DNA of 57,504 nucleotides from Saprolegnia diclina VS20 (taxonomy: Eukaryota), in the NCBI RefSeq assembly GCF_000281045.1, contig NW_008246170.1:91221-148724 (forward strand), in the 5' to 3' direction. Shown piece by piece: positions 1-10,422 of this stretch (within the stretch, counting starts at the first letter, position 1; each line of letters opens with the position of its first letter). A program made the translations under genes and the position numbers. The notes under the pieces are model-generated. The model was not told the DNA's origin, ran no database searches, and was given only the letters and a program-made list of their open reading frames with translations.

Positions 1-1008
1 CTTGGGCTGCATCTTGCCTTGCACGACGAGGAGTGCGATCTGAACGTTATCGAGGCCACCGGGACCCACGAGCGTCGAGAACGGCGGTTTGCATGTGTCT
101 AGCTCGCACAAGACAGCGCCAAAGGCGTAAATGTCGCTTGCGATCGAGCTGGCACTTGAGCTCTGGAAGAGTTCGGGGGCAATCCAGCCGGCCGTGCGGT
201 TGGTCGGTGCGTTGGATGGAGGTCTGAGCGCGAGCTGGACCTCGGTGTGGCGCGTCACGCCCAAGTCACTGAGCTTGACAGAGTACGTTGGTGTAAGGAA
301 CACATTCTTGGCCTTCAAGCCGCCGTGGAGAACGCCCTGGGCGTGCATGTACTCGAGGGCATCCATGATTCCGATCGCGAACGAGAGCTTGGTCACGGGC
401 GCCTTCTTGGTCGAGAGCCACTTCCATGCGTGAAGCTCAATGTCAGCAGCGAGCAGATGTTGCAAGTTGCCGCCTGGGAGAAGCTCCATGACCATCGCCA
501 CGTCAGAAGGTGCTTTCACATGATGCTCTGTCCATGCAACGCCTAGCACGCGCATGACGTTGGGGTGCTCTAAGCGGTAGCAGAGCAAAAGCTCGTGCAG
601 TAGCGCGCGTGTCTTTTGCTGGAGAGATGACTCATCTGGAGACAGCACCTTGATCGCTACGGGCGCCCCGTCGTACTGAGCGCTGTACACTGAGCAATGC
701 GCACCACGGGCAAGAAATTTGCGGTGTCTGATGCTCTGCGTCGGTATGCGCAGGCTCTGCAGCTCAGTCATCGACGTCAGCATGTCGGCGGCAGTCGGCG
801 CGCTCACTTGCGCGGGCGGCGATTGGGTGCTTGAAACCGCGACATCCTGCTCGGCGTCGCTCGCTGGACCTTGGAGCAGCTGCTCGTGGCGCGCCCGGCG
901 CAGGCAGCACGCCACATATAGGATGATAAGGGCCAGCGCCGTCGCCGCAAGCACCGATTTGACGTCGACGCTCAAGGACTCGTCGGTCGTGGTCGAGCCC
1001 TCGGTCAT
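1..1008 (-). CDS. Single-pass TM TKL-family (pseudo)kinase, 3' end runs off the window
   Basis: Translated by hand, because it is absent from the ORF track (no stop in window): MTEGSTT..., TM segment VLAATALALIILYVACCL, then LARGAHCSVY, VAIKVL, HPNVMRVLG, HGGLKAKN, KLSDLG, WIAPE, DIYAFG. Confidence 0.85.
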   Translation of the reverse strand, partial: MTEGSTTTDESLSVDVKSVLAATALALIILYVACCLRRARHEQLLQGPASDAEQDVAVSSTQSPPAQVSAPTAADMLTSMTELQSLRIPTQSIRHRKFLARGAHCSVYSAQYDGAPVAIKVLSPDESSLQQKTRALLHELLLCYRLEHPNVMRVLGVAWTEHHVKAPSDVAMVMELLPGGNLQHLLAADIELHAWKWLSTKKAPVTKLSFAIGIMDALEYMHAQGVLHGGLKAKNVFLTPTYSVKLSDLGVTRHTEVQLALRPPSNAPTNRTAGWIAPELFQSSSASSIASDIYAFGAVLCELDTCKPPFSTLVGPGGLDNVQIALLVVQGKMQPK

Positions 1009-1177
1009 CGTTTGGAAAGAACTGGCGTCCGTCGACCACCATTTCACCGTCGTTGAAAGATACCGATTTGCAGCGTCCGATTGGCTCTTTATTATCTAGA
1101 TTTCCGCCAATCACAAATGTTGCCATAGGATTGGTCAAAATTCGTGTCAAAAATCGAATTTGCCGCCAGCAACGAGC
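1009..1177. promoter_or_regulatory. Compact bidirectional promoter with three CCAAT/ATTGG boxes
   Basis: 169 bp between divergent start codons; ATTGG at ~1080, CCAAT at ~1107, ATTGG at ~1130. Confidence 0.5.
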
Positions 1178-2440
1178 ATGGTGTGGGGAACGAAGGCCGG
1201 CGTGACCGACTTGGTGCAGAAGCTCCAGGCGCAGAACACCAAGTCTATGTACATCCTTAGCACGCGCAAGATCACGTCCACCGACGCCATCTCGCTCGCC
1301 TCCGCGCTTGCGACGCACCCGACCATGGAAGAATTCTACATCTCGGGGCACAACCTCGGCGCGGACGGCCTCGAGGCCTTTGCCAACGTCCTCGCCACGA
1401 ACACGGTCCTTCGCAAGCTCGCGGTGGGCACCGAAGCGCTTGGCGACGCTGGCCTCGCGATCCTCTGCGCGGGCTTGGCCAAGAACCCGGCGTCGGCCAT
1501 CCAGGAGCTCGATATGGAGCTCAAGGGCCTCAGCAACGACGGCGCGACCGCGCTCGGCGCGATGCTCGGCACGAACAAGAGCATCCGCCACCTCGTTCTC
1601 GCACGCAACAAGATTCACACGCAGGGCTTCGAGCACCTCGTCGCCGGTCTTGCCGCCTCCAACGCGGTCCGCGAGCTCGACATCGCCGAGAACGAGCTCG
1701 TCTTGCACAGCGCCGCGTCGTCGGCGCTCGCGACGTGGGTCCGCCGCCCCGACTGCTCGCTGCAGACGATCAACCTTGCGGGCAACCCGCTCGGCGACTC
1801 GTGCGTCGCGTTCTTTGACGCGCTTGCGACCAACACGTCGCTGACGTCCATGAACCTCTCGTCGACGCAGCTGTCGCCGGCGGCGTGGGCCGCGCTGGGC
1901 CGCGCGCTCGGCCAGAACGCGACGCTCAAGACACTGGACGTGTCCCAGAACAAGATGGCCAGCATTGAGAGCTTTGCCGCCGGCCTGTCTGCGAACGCTG
2001 GCCTCGCGCGCCTCGTGCTCGCCAAGACGCAGCTCGGCGACGACGGCTCGATGGCTCTTCGCACGCCGTCGACGCTCGTGCACTTGGACTTGAGCGCGAA
2101 CGGCCTCACCAGCATTGGCATGCGCCCGCACTTCGCGTCGCCGCTCAAGGAGCTCCGCGTCTTTGACAACGCGCTCGGCGCGGGCCTTCTGGACGTGCTG
2201 CCGACGCTGCTGGCCAACCCGGTGCTCGAAGGCCTCGACGTTGGCGCCAACGCGCTCCATGGCGCGCTGGCGATCGCTCTCTTTGAAGCGCTGCACACGC
2301 CGACGGCGCTCAAGACGCTCGAGGTCGGCGGCAACAACCTCGGCGACGCGGGCCTCGCGGCGCTCGAGGTCCTCCAGGAGCGCAACCCGACCTTGGACGT
2401 GGCCATCGACAAGCGTGGCGGCGGCGACGAGGCCGCATAA
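1178..2440 (+). CDS. Cytoplasmic RNI-like leucine-rich repeat protein
   Basis: Repeated ~28 aa LxxLxLxxNxLGDxG units (e.g. LQTINLAGNPLGD, LKTLEVGGNNLGDAG); no signal peptide or TM segment; ATG at 1178. Confidence 0.85.
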   Translation: MVWGTKAGVTDLVQKLQAQNTKSMYILSTRKITSTDAISLASALATHPTMEEFYISGHNLGADGLEAFANVLATNTVLRKLAVGTEALGDAGLAILCAGLAKNPASAIQELDMELKGLSNDGATALGAMLGTNKSIRHLVLARNKIHTQGFEHLVAGLAASNAVRELDIAENELVLHSAASSALATWVRRPDCSLQTINLAGNPLGDSCVAFFDALATNTSLTSMNLSSTQLSPAAWAALGRALGQNATLKTLDVSQNKMASIESFAAGLSANAGLARLVLAKTQLGDDGSMALRTPSTLVHLDLSANGLTSIGMRPHFASPLKELRVFDNALGAGLLDVLPTLLANPVLEGLDVGANALHGALAIALFEALHTPTALKTLEVGGNNLGDAGLAALEVLQERNPTLDVAIDKRGGGDEAA

Positions 2441-2483
2441 GCCGTTTCATAAATAAGAACATAGCGTTACGACAATAAGATAT

Positions 2484-2798
2484 CTAGAAGTTTTCCCAGC
2501 GTGCGACGAGGTACCATTGGTGACCCACGAGCAGCACGAGTGCGAGCGTCACGAGCGCCATGAGCCGGAGGAGCACGCCCTTGCAAATCTCGATGCAGAT
2601 GACGGAGAAGACCATCGAGATAAAGTGCATCGTCTGCATGCCGTAGCTGTCGCCGCTGTGCGACCGCAGAAGCACCGGGCGCTTGGCAAAGATATCATTG
2701 TAGTCGGCCGGGCGACGGTAGCTGGCGACGTCGGCGTCGGCTTCGTCGACGACCTCGGCGATCGGCGGTAAGCGGGCGCGGGTGAGGAGCGACTTCAT
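2484..2798 (-). CDS. Small hypothetical membrane protein (104 aa, hydrophobic C-terminal half)
   Basis: ATG ORF with coding-like GC3 bias, flanked by AT-rich intergenic DNA; two hydrophobic stretches. Confidence 0.55.
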   Translation of the reverse strand: MKSLLTRARLPPIAEVVDEADADVASYRRPADYNDIFAKRPVLLRSHSGDSYGMQTMHFISMVFSVICIEICKGVLLRLMALVTLALVLLVGHQWYLVARWENF

Positions 2799-3808
2799 GG
2801 GATATGGTCAAAGGAAGAGTGGCGTCGCGGCGGTGTAGGTCTCGTATCTGGCGACTGCGTTACCAGTTGTGGGCCGCCGCTATGAAGCCTCTGCGCCCGA
2901 TCAGCGTTACAAGCCCGAAGTTGAAGTTGCATTTTTATTCCATATTTTCCATTTCCATACAAAGACAAAGTGCATTTAAATTGATTGTTTAAAATGCGCC
3001 GAACCTCGGAGGGTATAGTCGATACATACAATCTGATATCTATGGAAAAAATGGAATTGCCCTTCATATATTTGTCTATTCACAACATACAGAGAAAGCG
3101 GCATCGTCATGAGGGAAACGGCCACCACGACCAGGATTGCGTAATGCTGGAAGTGTAGGAAATCTCTGCGACCAACACAAAGCCGCGGGGCGACGCTGTC
3201 TTGGGTGCGGTACTACGCCCGCGCTGCCCGGGCGGAAGCGCAAACGACGTCGTTACGAGCTCATTACATGGAGGCTGCCGCACTAGTTACCACGCGATTA
3301 GCGACTACTAGTAGCGCTGCTGCTACATATTTGTCCTTGCATCAACTGCTGCGTCGAGAAGATCAGACGCTCCAAGAGCCAATGGCCGTGGGACTGCGTG
3401 CGTTGTCGTGACGACAGCTATGTGTGGGGCTTGGGTGGAAAGGGCACCTGTGACGGAGACGTCGTTGTGGAGCTTTGGTACAGTGTACCGCTGCCTCTGG
3501 CGGCGATGCTGGGTGGCTGTGCACCGAGGCTCCGCTCGCACGTCAGGCGCCACGGCCTCTTTCAGCGTCGATGGGCGGAGATATGCGCAGCCCAACAACC
3601 GTGCGGCAATTGCTAATAAAATCCAGTGAAACGAACGCGATCTTGATCGTTCGACACGTGGCGACGTGGTGCACTCGATACATAGCGTCAGGAGCAAGTC
3701 GATGTCCAGGGCCTACGGACGACAGGAGGCAGTGATGGCATCCTGGGCCTATGACGATCGCGCCTCGAGATCACAACGCTGCTGCACAGAGATGCATTTT
3801 GACGATGC

Positions 3809-4361
3809 TCAGTAGAAGCCTGTCTGCGCCGAGTGGCCTTCGCAGAGCACAAAGACGATGGGCGCGTGGCCAAACTGCACCGCGACGTCCAGTGCGGTCT
3901 GCCCGTCCTACGCGCACACGACGCCGTCGGGCGCATCGGCGTTGCAGCGTGCGCACCTCGTTGCGCAGCGTCTTGTCGGCACCGAGCTTGAGCAGCGTCC
4001 GCACCATGTCGTCCGACCCCATGAGCGCGGCTTCATGAAGAGCACTCCAGCCATAGACCTGCACGAATGAGCTGCGCGTTTATGCAGGAAGCGAGGCGTC
4101 GTACGTCGGTCGCATTGACATCGGCACCGTAATACACGAGGAGCTCTGCGACGGCCAACTGGCCCTTCTTGGCCGCCGTGCGCAGGGGCAGGTCGCCGTC
4201 GCGGTCGGGCGCGTTCACGTCGACGTCGCCGGCCTCAACAAAGGATACAACCGCCGCCTCGTCGCCCTTGGTGATGGCATCTGGGATAGGTCAGGTATAT
4301 TAGCAAAAAGACTAGGCACGCAGCGATGTAGACCGGTGAAGCGCAAGTCGATCGGGTTCAT
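3809..4361 (-). CDS. Small ankyrin-repeat protein (about 4 exons)
   Basis: Spliced reading gives GDLPLRTAAKKGQLAVAELLVYYGADVN, GWSALHEAALMGSDDMVRTLLKLGAD and GQTALDVAVQFGHAPIV; short introns; TGA at 3809-3811. Confidence 0.8.
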
Positions 4362-4845
4362 TCTGCAAGTGGTTACGGTTTCGCGGGGTTTCTACGCGGT
4401 TGACACCGAAATAGTGTGCAAATGAAGCACAAGAAAGATATCTGCAGGGGTCACCTGCACACCTTTCTTCTGATTCTATACTTTACCGAGCGAGCGATGC
4501 AGGTCCAGTACGTGAGCGAGGCATCGCGCGCTGAGCAGAATCTTGCGGGAGAAGCAGTGCGTGTTCTCAATGTACACTATTTAGTAATTTTTAAATACTG
4601 TGTAAAGGTGGGATCCATCGAGATTCGCACGTTTGCACTGGCGCACTGTATGCTGGTTGACTTCTGCGATTTCATTGGCTACCACCTGAATTGGGTCATC
4701 TTTTTAGCCAATCGCTACCGTTTCATATCCGGATATAAAAAGAGCAAACGTTTCCTGCCAGAGCGCGAACGCAGAGCCATCGGCGTCCCGGTAGGCCGTC
4801 ATGATGACGATGGTAGCGCCTCATGCGCGCAGCGACTAGGTAGAC

Positions 4846-7782
4846 ATGACATCACTGAGCAAGTCGCTCCAGGTGGTCATCCCGTCCGTGCCCACCGACG
4901 AGCGCCGAACGTCGCCCGAGCGCACGTCGACCGCCGTCGGCCGCGAGAGCCCCGCCGAGAGCATCCGCCAAGTGATCCTGAACGAGGTGAGTCGCATCAC
5001 GCAAAAATCGGTCGCATGGGTGCCCGACTCGCTCGCAGACAAGTGCTACCAGTGCCAAGCGACCTTCTCGCTCGTGCTGCGCCGCCACCACTGCCGCCGC
5101 TGCGGCAACATCTTTTGCGACGCGTGCTCGCTCTCGCGCATGCCGCTCGTGTCGGCCGGCTTCTTCACGCCCGTGCGCGTCTGCGACAAGTGCTGCGAGG
5201 CGGCGAAGCGGTCGCATCGGCACATGGTCAACGAGCGGCGGCGACAGAGCTTGACGCAGAGCCTGCCCGCGTCCAGCATGACCACCATGCACGCAGACCT
5301 GCACCACCATCTGCCTATTGACGACGATTGCGACGACAGCAGTCTCTACGATGTGAGCGCGAGTCAGAGCCCGATGACCGCGAGTCTCGCCGACGCCGTG
5401 TGCATCCAGACGATCCCGGGCGAGGTCGTTGTCGTGCGTGGCCCGGATGTCTACCTGCGGACGCCCGACTACAAGGACAACGAGCCCGGCACGTTGTACA
5501 TCACCAACTACCGCGTCGTCTTTACGAGCCTCCACAAGCCGCTCGCGAACGAGGTCGCGACGCCGCTGCGCCGGCGGTCGTCCAAGTCCCAGTCGGGCCT
5601 CAGCATCCACAGCGCGCCGATGCTGGCGCCGCCACTCTACCACGCAATTCCTCTGCGGTCAATCGACCGCATCAAGCGCCAAGAGCTGCCCGAGTCGGAC
5701 ACGGGCGTCCTCGACCTTATCTGCAAGGACATTCGGCGCCTCCAGCTCATCTTTCCAGGTCTCGTCCAGCGGCAGACATACTCGTTTTTCGACAAGTGCG
5801 ACCAGCTGCTGCGGCACCCGATGCCGTACTTTGCCAAAGTCTCTACCGAGACGTTCCCGACCGCCACGATCGGCGACGGCTGGAACGTCTATGACCCGGT
5901 GGCCGAGTTTAACCGGCTCGGGGTGGGTGTCACAACCACGTGGCGCATCACGAGCGTCAACCACAACTACACCTTTTGCCCGACGTACTCGGCGGCTATC
6001 GCGGTGCCCGCCATCATCTCGGACGCCGTCCTCCTCGTCGCCGGCGCGTTCCGGTCCAAATCGCGGATTCCGGCGCTGAGCTGGCGGGACGTGCAGACCG
6101 GCGCAACCATCTGCCGGAGCAGCCAGCCGCTCGTCGGACTCGGGCAAAAGCAGTGCGCCGAAGACATTGCGCTCATCCAAGCGATCGCGGCCGCGAATCC
6201 GTCAAGCAGCACGCTCGTCATCGTCGACGCGCGGCCGTGGGCCAACGCCGTCGCGCAAAAGACCGTCGGGCGCGCCGGCTACGAGCTCACGGCGCACTAC
6301 GAGGCCAAGCCGAGCAGCGACGACGACGCCGACGAGCCGGCCGTCGCCACGTCGTCCTCGATGCACCTGGGGCTCACCGACTGCCGGCTGGTGTTTATGG
6401 GCATTGAGAACATTCACATCATGCGCAAGAGCTTTCAGAAGCTCGTGGATTTGTGCGTGGCCAAGGAGCAGCGGCCGGCCACGTCCGGCTCGATCGGCAA
6501 GTGGAACGAACACGTCGCTGCGACCAAGTGGCTGGACCACATCAGCTGCATCCTCCACGCCGCTGTCGAGATTGTGCGCCTCGTCAAGACCGAGAAAGCG
6601 AGCGTCCTCGTGCACTGCAGCGACGGCTGGGACCGCACGTCGCAGCTCACAGCACTCGCCGAGCTCATGCTAGACCCGCATTACCGCACGCTGCGCGGGT
6701 TCGCCCTCCTCGTCGAGAAGGACTGGTGCAGCTTTGGGCACAAATTCTCGGAGCGCACGGGCCACCCGCCGCCAAGCGATACGATCAACGCGAGCGAGGT
6801 CTCGGTGGTCTTCCTGCAGTGGATCGAGTGCGTCTGGCAGCTCATGCGGCAGTTCCCGTGCTCGTTCGAGTTCAACACGCGGTACCTCATCCTCGTGCTG
6901 GACCATCTGTATGCCTGTCGCTTTGGCACATTCCTCTACGACTCGGAGAATGCGCGCGTATGCGAAGAGAAGTCGGCGCCGACGATCTCGCTCTGGACGT
7001 ACCTCTCGTCGCTCGAGGTCTCGCTCATCTCGAACCCGTTCTACGAGCCCCGCAAGTACTCGCGCCAAAACTGGCACGCGCGCATGAAGGAGCGCCGCCA
7101 AGCAAACGAGGTGCCGATGCCGCCGTGGACCGACGCCCACACCGTGGTCGGCCTCGAAGAGAGCAAGGACGACGACCTTGTCTTTGTGCACAACGACGCG
7201 GCGCCGGTGCGGACACCGATGGCGTCGACGGCGCCGGCGTCACCGCCGACGAACGAGGCATCGGCCAAGACCAAGCTCGTGCATTCGATAGTCCAGGACC
7301 TCGACACGGGCCTCATGTTCCCCCATGTGACCGAGGAGACGGTCGTGCCACCGCGGCCGCCACGTCATGTTCGAGACGCGCTGGTCGCTAGTTTTGTGAG
7401 CAACGCCGCCGACGAGAGCGATGAAAGCAGCGATGGCAACGCCCGGTGCGTGGACGCCGTGGACGATACCGACGTGCTCATCCCGAGCGTCTCGGTCAAG
7501 TCGCTCCGGCTCTGGACCGAGTACTATTTGCGCTGGGACGCGACTTGCTCGATTGAGCGCAACGCCGACCTCGAGCGCGAAGCCAAGCTCCGGGACGTCC
7601 TTGCGGAAATGGAGGCGCTGCAAAAGGACAAGGACGACGATGATGCGTCGTCGTCATCCCCCGCGTGGGTCGATGTCGTCGTGGAAGAAGCCGTCGACGA
7701 CGGCGCCAGTCGATTTCGGCGCGAGATGGACCGCATGTGCATGGCATACGAAGACCAACTCTCGCTCTGGCTGCGCGGCTAA
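4846..7782 (+). CDS. Myotubularin-family phosphoinositide 3-phosphatase with N-terminal FYVE domain
   Basis: FYVE motifs WVPD..CYQC..RRHHCRRCG..VRVCDKC; GRAM-like GTLYITNYR; catalytic VHCSDGWDRT; 978 aa uninterrupted ORF. Confidence 0.93.
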   Translation: MTSLSKSLQVVIPSVPTDERRTSPERTSTAVGRESPAESIRQVILNEVSRITQKSVAWVPDSLADKCYQCQATFSLVLRRHHCRRCGNIFCDACSLSRMPLVSAGFFTPVRVCDKCCEAAKRSHRHMVNERRRQSLTQSLPASSMTTMHADLHHHLPIDDDCDDSSLYDVSASQSPMTASLADAVCIQTIPGEVVVVRGPDVYLRTPDYKDNEPGTLYITNYRVVFTSLHKPLANEVATPLRRRSSKSQSGLSIHSAPMLAPPLYHAIPLRSIDRIKRQELPESDTGVLDLICKDIRRLQLIFPGLVQRQTYSFFDKCDQLLRHPMPYFAKVSTETFPTATIGDGWNVYDPVAEFNRLGVGVTTTWRITSVNHNYTFCPTYSAAIAVPAIISDAVLLVAGAFRSKSRIPALSWRDVQTGATICRSSQPLVGLGQKQCAEDIALIQAIAAANPSSSTLVIVDARPWANAVAQKTVGRAGYELTAHYEAKPSSDDDADEPAVATSSSMHLGLTDCRLVFMGIENIHIMRKSFQKLVDLCVAKEQRPATSGSIGKWNEHVAATKWLDHISCILHAAVEIVRLVKTEKASVLVHCSDGWDRTSQLTALAELMLDPHYRTLRGFALLVEKDWCSFGHKFSERTGHPPPSDTINASEVSVVFLQWIECVWQLMRQFPCSFEFNTRYLILVLDHLYACRFGTFLYDSENARVCEEKSAPTISLWTYLSSLEVSLISNPFYEPRKYSRQNWHARMKERRQANEVPMPPWTDAHTVVGLEESKDDDLVFVHNDAAPVRTPMASTAPASPPTNEASAKTKLVHSIVQDLDTGLMFPHVTEETVVPPRPPRHVRDALVASFVSNAADESDESSDGNARCVDAVDDTDVLIPSVSVKSLRLWTEYYLRWDATCSIERNADLEREAKLRDVLAEMEALQKDKDDDDASSSSPAWVDVVVEEAVDDGASRFRREMDRMCMAYEDQLSLWLRG

Positions 7783-8332
7783 GGCGGACGTCGAGAGTAC
7801 GTTCTTAGCGCAACAAACTCGGTATTTCCAAGCCTACCATGTGCGCTGTGGAGATGGCAATGACAACAATGAAATCCCGTGAGGTTTGAAGTGAGTCAGT
7901 CGAGCTCCAGAGCCCATATTTAGTTGAGCTCCAGAGCCCAGAGTCAGCGCTCGGTGTGTAGTACCATGAAATGGGAGTGGATCGGCGGGATTGGGCGCTG
8001 GCAGGTGCCAGAAGGGCCAGTCAAGTTGAAGTGGCAAATTCAAGGAGCACGAGCGGTTCAGACTAGTGGGTGCTTCCTCCCTTCCGGCCGCTCTATTCGA
8101 TCCAACTTAATACAGAGGAATGTGCGTTGGCCCGCGCATCGATCCCGGCCGCGGTTGCCCGCGCCAAGCGATCTTTATGCTCGAGGTCAGGCTCGTTGCA
8201 TGGAAAATTCGAAGCCGGAAGCTCTAGATTTCCCACGTCGACCTTGGATTGGCTGCTTTTTGACCAATGAGAACGACCTGCATTGGGTGCAGCGACACTG
8301 CAGTCATAATTTATACAGGCCGCTTGGCGACG

Positions 8333-8815
8333 ATGGGCACGACGACCAAGAGCTTCGCCGACCTCATCCGCGCCAAGCTCTACGTACTGCTGCTCATGGC
8401 GCTCTCGATGATTGCCTCTCTTGTCTGGAGCCGGCGCGGCAGCACGTGCCCGCCGGCGGCGACGACGACGACGTCGACGGACGACGAGATTGTAGCGCGC
8501 AACCAGGCGAACCTCGGCGCCGTGCGCTCGCACCACCGGATCGCTGCCATGATCTTCGCGAGCCCGAGCGTTCGTCGAGCAATCTTGAGCCGCGTCATCT
8601 TTGTCTTGCAGGACGGTAATACGGGCGAGGCCATGTTGCTCACGCTGCCGTTCAACCGCATCCTCCGGCGACGGCTCGAGATCATGGCGCGCCGCTGGCT
8701 CGACGCGACTGATGGCACGATCACACGATCCGCCGTGCCCGAGACGCCGCCCAAGCAGCAGCAGCGACGACATCGCTTCTACACCAACCCGTTCTGGAGC
8801 TTGCGATCGCAATAG
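8333..8815 (+). CDS. Hypothetical protein with N-terminal TM segment (160 aa)
   Basis: ATG ORF with coding-like codon bias; hydrophobic LYVLLLMALSMIASLVW; CCAAT elements upstream. Confidence 0.55.
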   Translation: MGTTTKSFADLIRAKLYVLLLMALSMIASLVWSRRGSTCPPAATTTTSTDDEIVARNQANLGAVRSHHRIAAMIFASPSVRRAILSRVIFVLQDGNTGEAMLLTLPFNRILRRRLEIMARRWLDATDGTITRSAVPETPPKQQQRRHRFYTNPFWSLRSQ

Positions 8816-9522
8816 CCGATCGATCCAACGAAAGCATATCATGTGTAATAGGTGTCCTTTGACGTGTACTCGATCGTCTTGACCTTAGTCTACTTGCATG
8901 CAGGCGAGAGGACTTGGCTGGCTCCATCGCATGGGCCCGTCAAGGCCATCGTTGGCCACGGGCAGTCGTCGCCACGTCGGCCCTGTGCGAGGAGGAAGAG
9001 GATAGGAACGAATTGATCAGTTCGATATCGACCAATCCGGAACTTCTATTTCTTTTTTGGCCAATCATACGTCACATATTGTCTAAATGCCTTTGGATTG
9101 GCCATAATGTAGCGAATCATGCCAGGCCAGCAGTGGGTTCAGCCGTGGTGCCACTTGAAGTAGCCGGCGATGGCACATCGATCGACGAGCATCTCGCCAC
9201 GTACTGTACACCGGGGCACCCATGGGCACGAGTCCTTCCTGCGGCAGCTCAGCTACCACCTACCTCCATGAATGTGGCGATGTCCATTGCCCTAGAGAAC
9301 CCGCGACAAGAAATGCACGGGCTTCTTCTCGTCGTCGCCCGATTCCTTGAAGATGCAGGACCGTGGCTGACTCTGCGGCTACTCGCCTGCATGCGTATAC
9401 CGCTTCGCGTGTCTGCAGGCGTTGAAGTCGCTGGCTCTCAACGGACGCGCCAAAATTAGCAAAATTAGCCTCGGGACTCAGCTCAATAAGAAGCTTATTG
9501 TCCCTTGCTACGCAACAGCCAA

Positions 9523-10353
9523 ATGCGCTCGAACGTCGTACCATGGCTGCGACAGCACTGCTCGGTGAACGTATTTCGCCTGCGCGCGGCTCTACTCGGC
9601 GTCGGTCTTCTCTCGGTGCTGGCGGCAAGTGCGCCCAAGTTGATGGTGCAGGGCTCGCCCCCGACGCCGTGGACACCGCAGCTGCAGACCTTCGTTGACC
9701 GATGCGCGCCCATGTGCGAGGCAAGCCGGACATCGCTGTGCGCAGCCGCCTACAGCGACGCCGAGGCGTGCCAGGCGTACTGCAACAGCACGCGTCTGGG
9801 CTACTACACGCGCCTCTGGCCCCAGCTGCCGGTCGCCTGCGACCGTAACTGCCTCGCCTTCCGCCAACCTCTCTGCGGCCAGCGCGAATCATGCATTGGC
9901 GCGTGCTCGAGGACCGTCTACTCGGCCGTGCCACCGGTTCTGCGATCGAACGATGTTGTGATCGAGGTTCCAAGCCCTGGAGGTTCGTTCTGGTCAACAC
10001 TGGTTGTCGTCCTCCTGGCGACGACGGATCTCATGGCCTCGCTCGTGCTCTGGGGCCCACAGCTACGCGCCTCTGAAGCTGACATTTATGACAACAAGTA
10101 CAACTTGTCTTCTAAACTGTGGGCGCTTCTCGAATCCCCGACCAACCTCCCGACGCTCTGCAAGATCTGCTACGAGATCAAAGTGCTTTGCTTTGACGAC
10201 GCAGACGGCAACGGCTTGGCGATTACGGTGCTTCTCCAGCTCCTCACGCTACTTCAAACCCACGCACCCGTCTGGGTCACTCGGTGGCGGCAGCGCGCCC
10301 AAGTGCAGGAGCCGCCGCAAGCGTCGAGCCCCGACTCGCCACAGCCCATCTAA
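9523..10353 (+). CDS. Hypothetical membrane protein with Cys-rich (CxxxC) segment between two hydrophobic helices
   Basis: ORF 9505-10353; motifs CAPMC, CQAYC, CDRNC, CIGAC; AATAAA just after the stop. Confidence 0.6.
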   Translation: MRSNVVPWLRQHCSVNVFRLRAALLGVGLLSVLAASAPKLMVQGSPPTPWTPQLQTFVDRCAPMCEASRTSLCAAAYSDAEACQAYCNSTRLGYYTRLWPQLPVACDRNCLAFRQPLCGQRESCIGACSRTVYSAVPPVLRSNDVVIEVPSPGGSFWSTLVVVLLATTDLMASLVLWGPQLRASEADIYDNKYNLSSKLWALLESPTNLPTLCKICYEIKVLCFDDADGNGLAITVLLQLLTLLQTHAPVWVTRWRQRAQVQEPPQASSPDSPQPI

Positions 10354-10422
10354 ATAAAAAGATAGATTCGTAGAAGTGGACAATAATTTCATAGTCTTTT
10401 ACGTGGTTAGGTTACAGGGGGA

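Noticed and set aside
764..2296. Long antisense ORFs (also 18207-19751, 20474-21754, 13293-14669, 43117-44229, 49490-50869)
   Set aside because: Shadow frames of GC3-biased genes on the opposite strand; Arg/Val-rich with no motifs.
3100..3750. Short ORFs downstream of the ankyrin gene (similarly 8914-9459, 34900-36200, 38400-39300, 39960-40900)
   Set aside because: No consistent coding signal, family motif or transposon hallmark.
7893..7947. 15 bp direct repeat GAGCTCCAGAGCCCA x2
   Set aside because: Only two copies 9 bp apart; not a CRISPR array or a recognisable element end.
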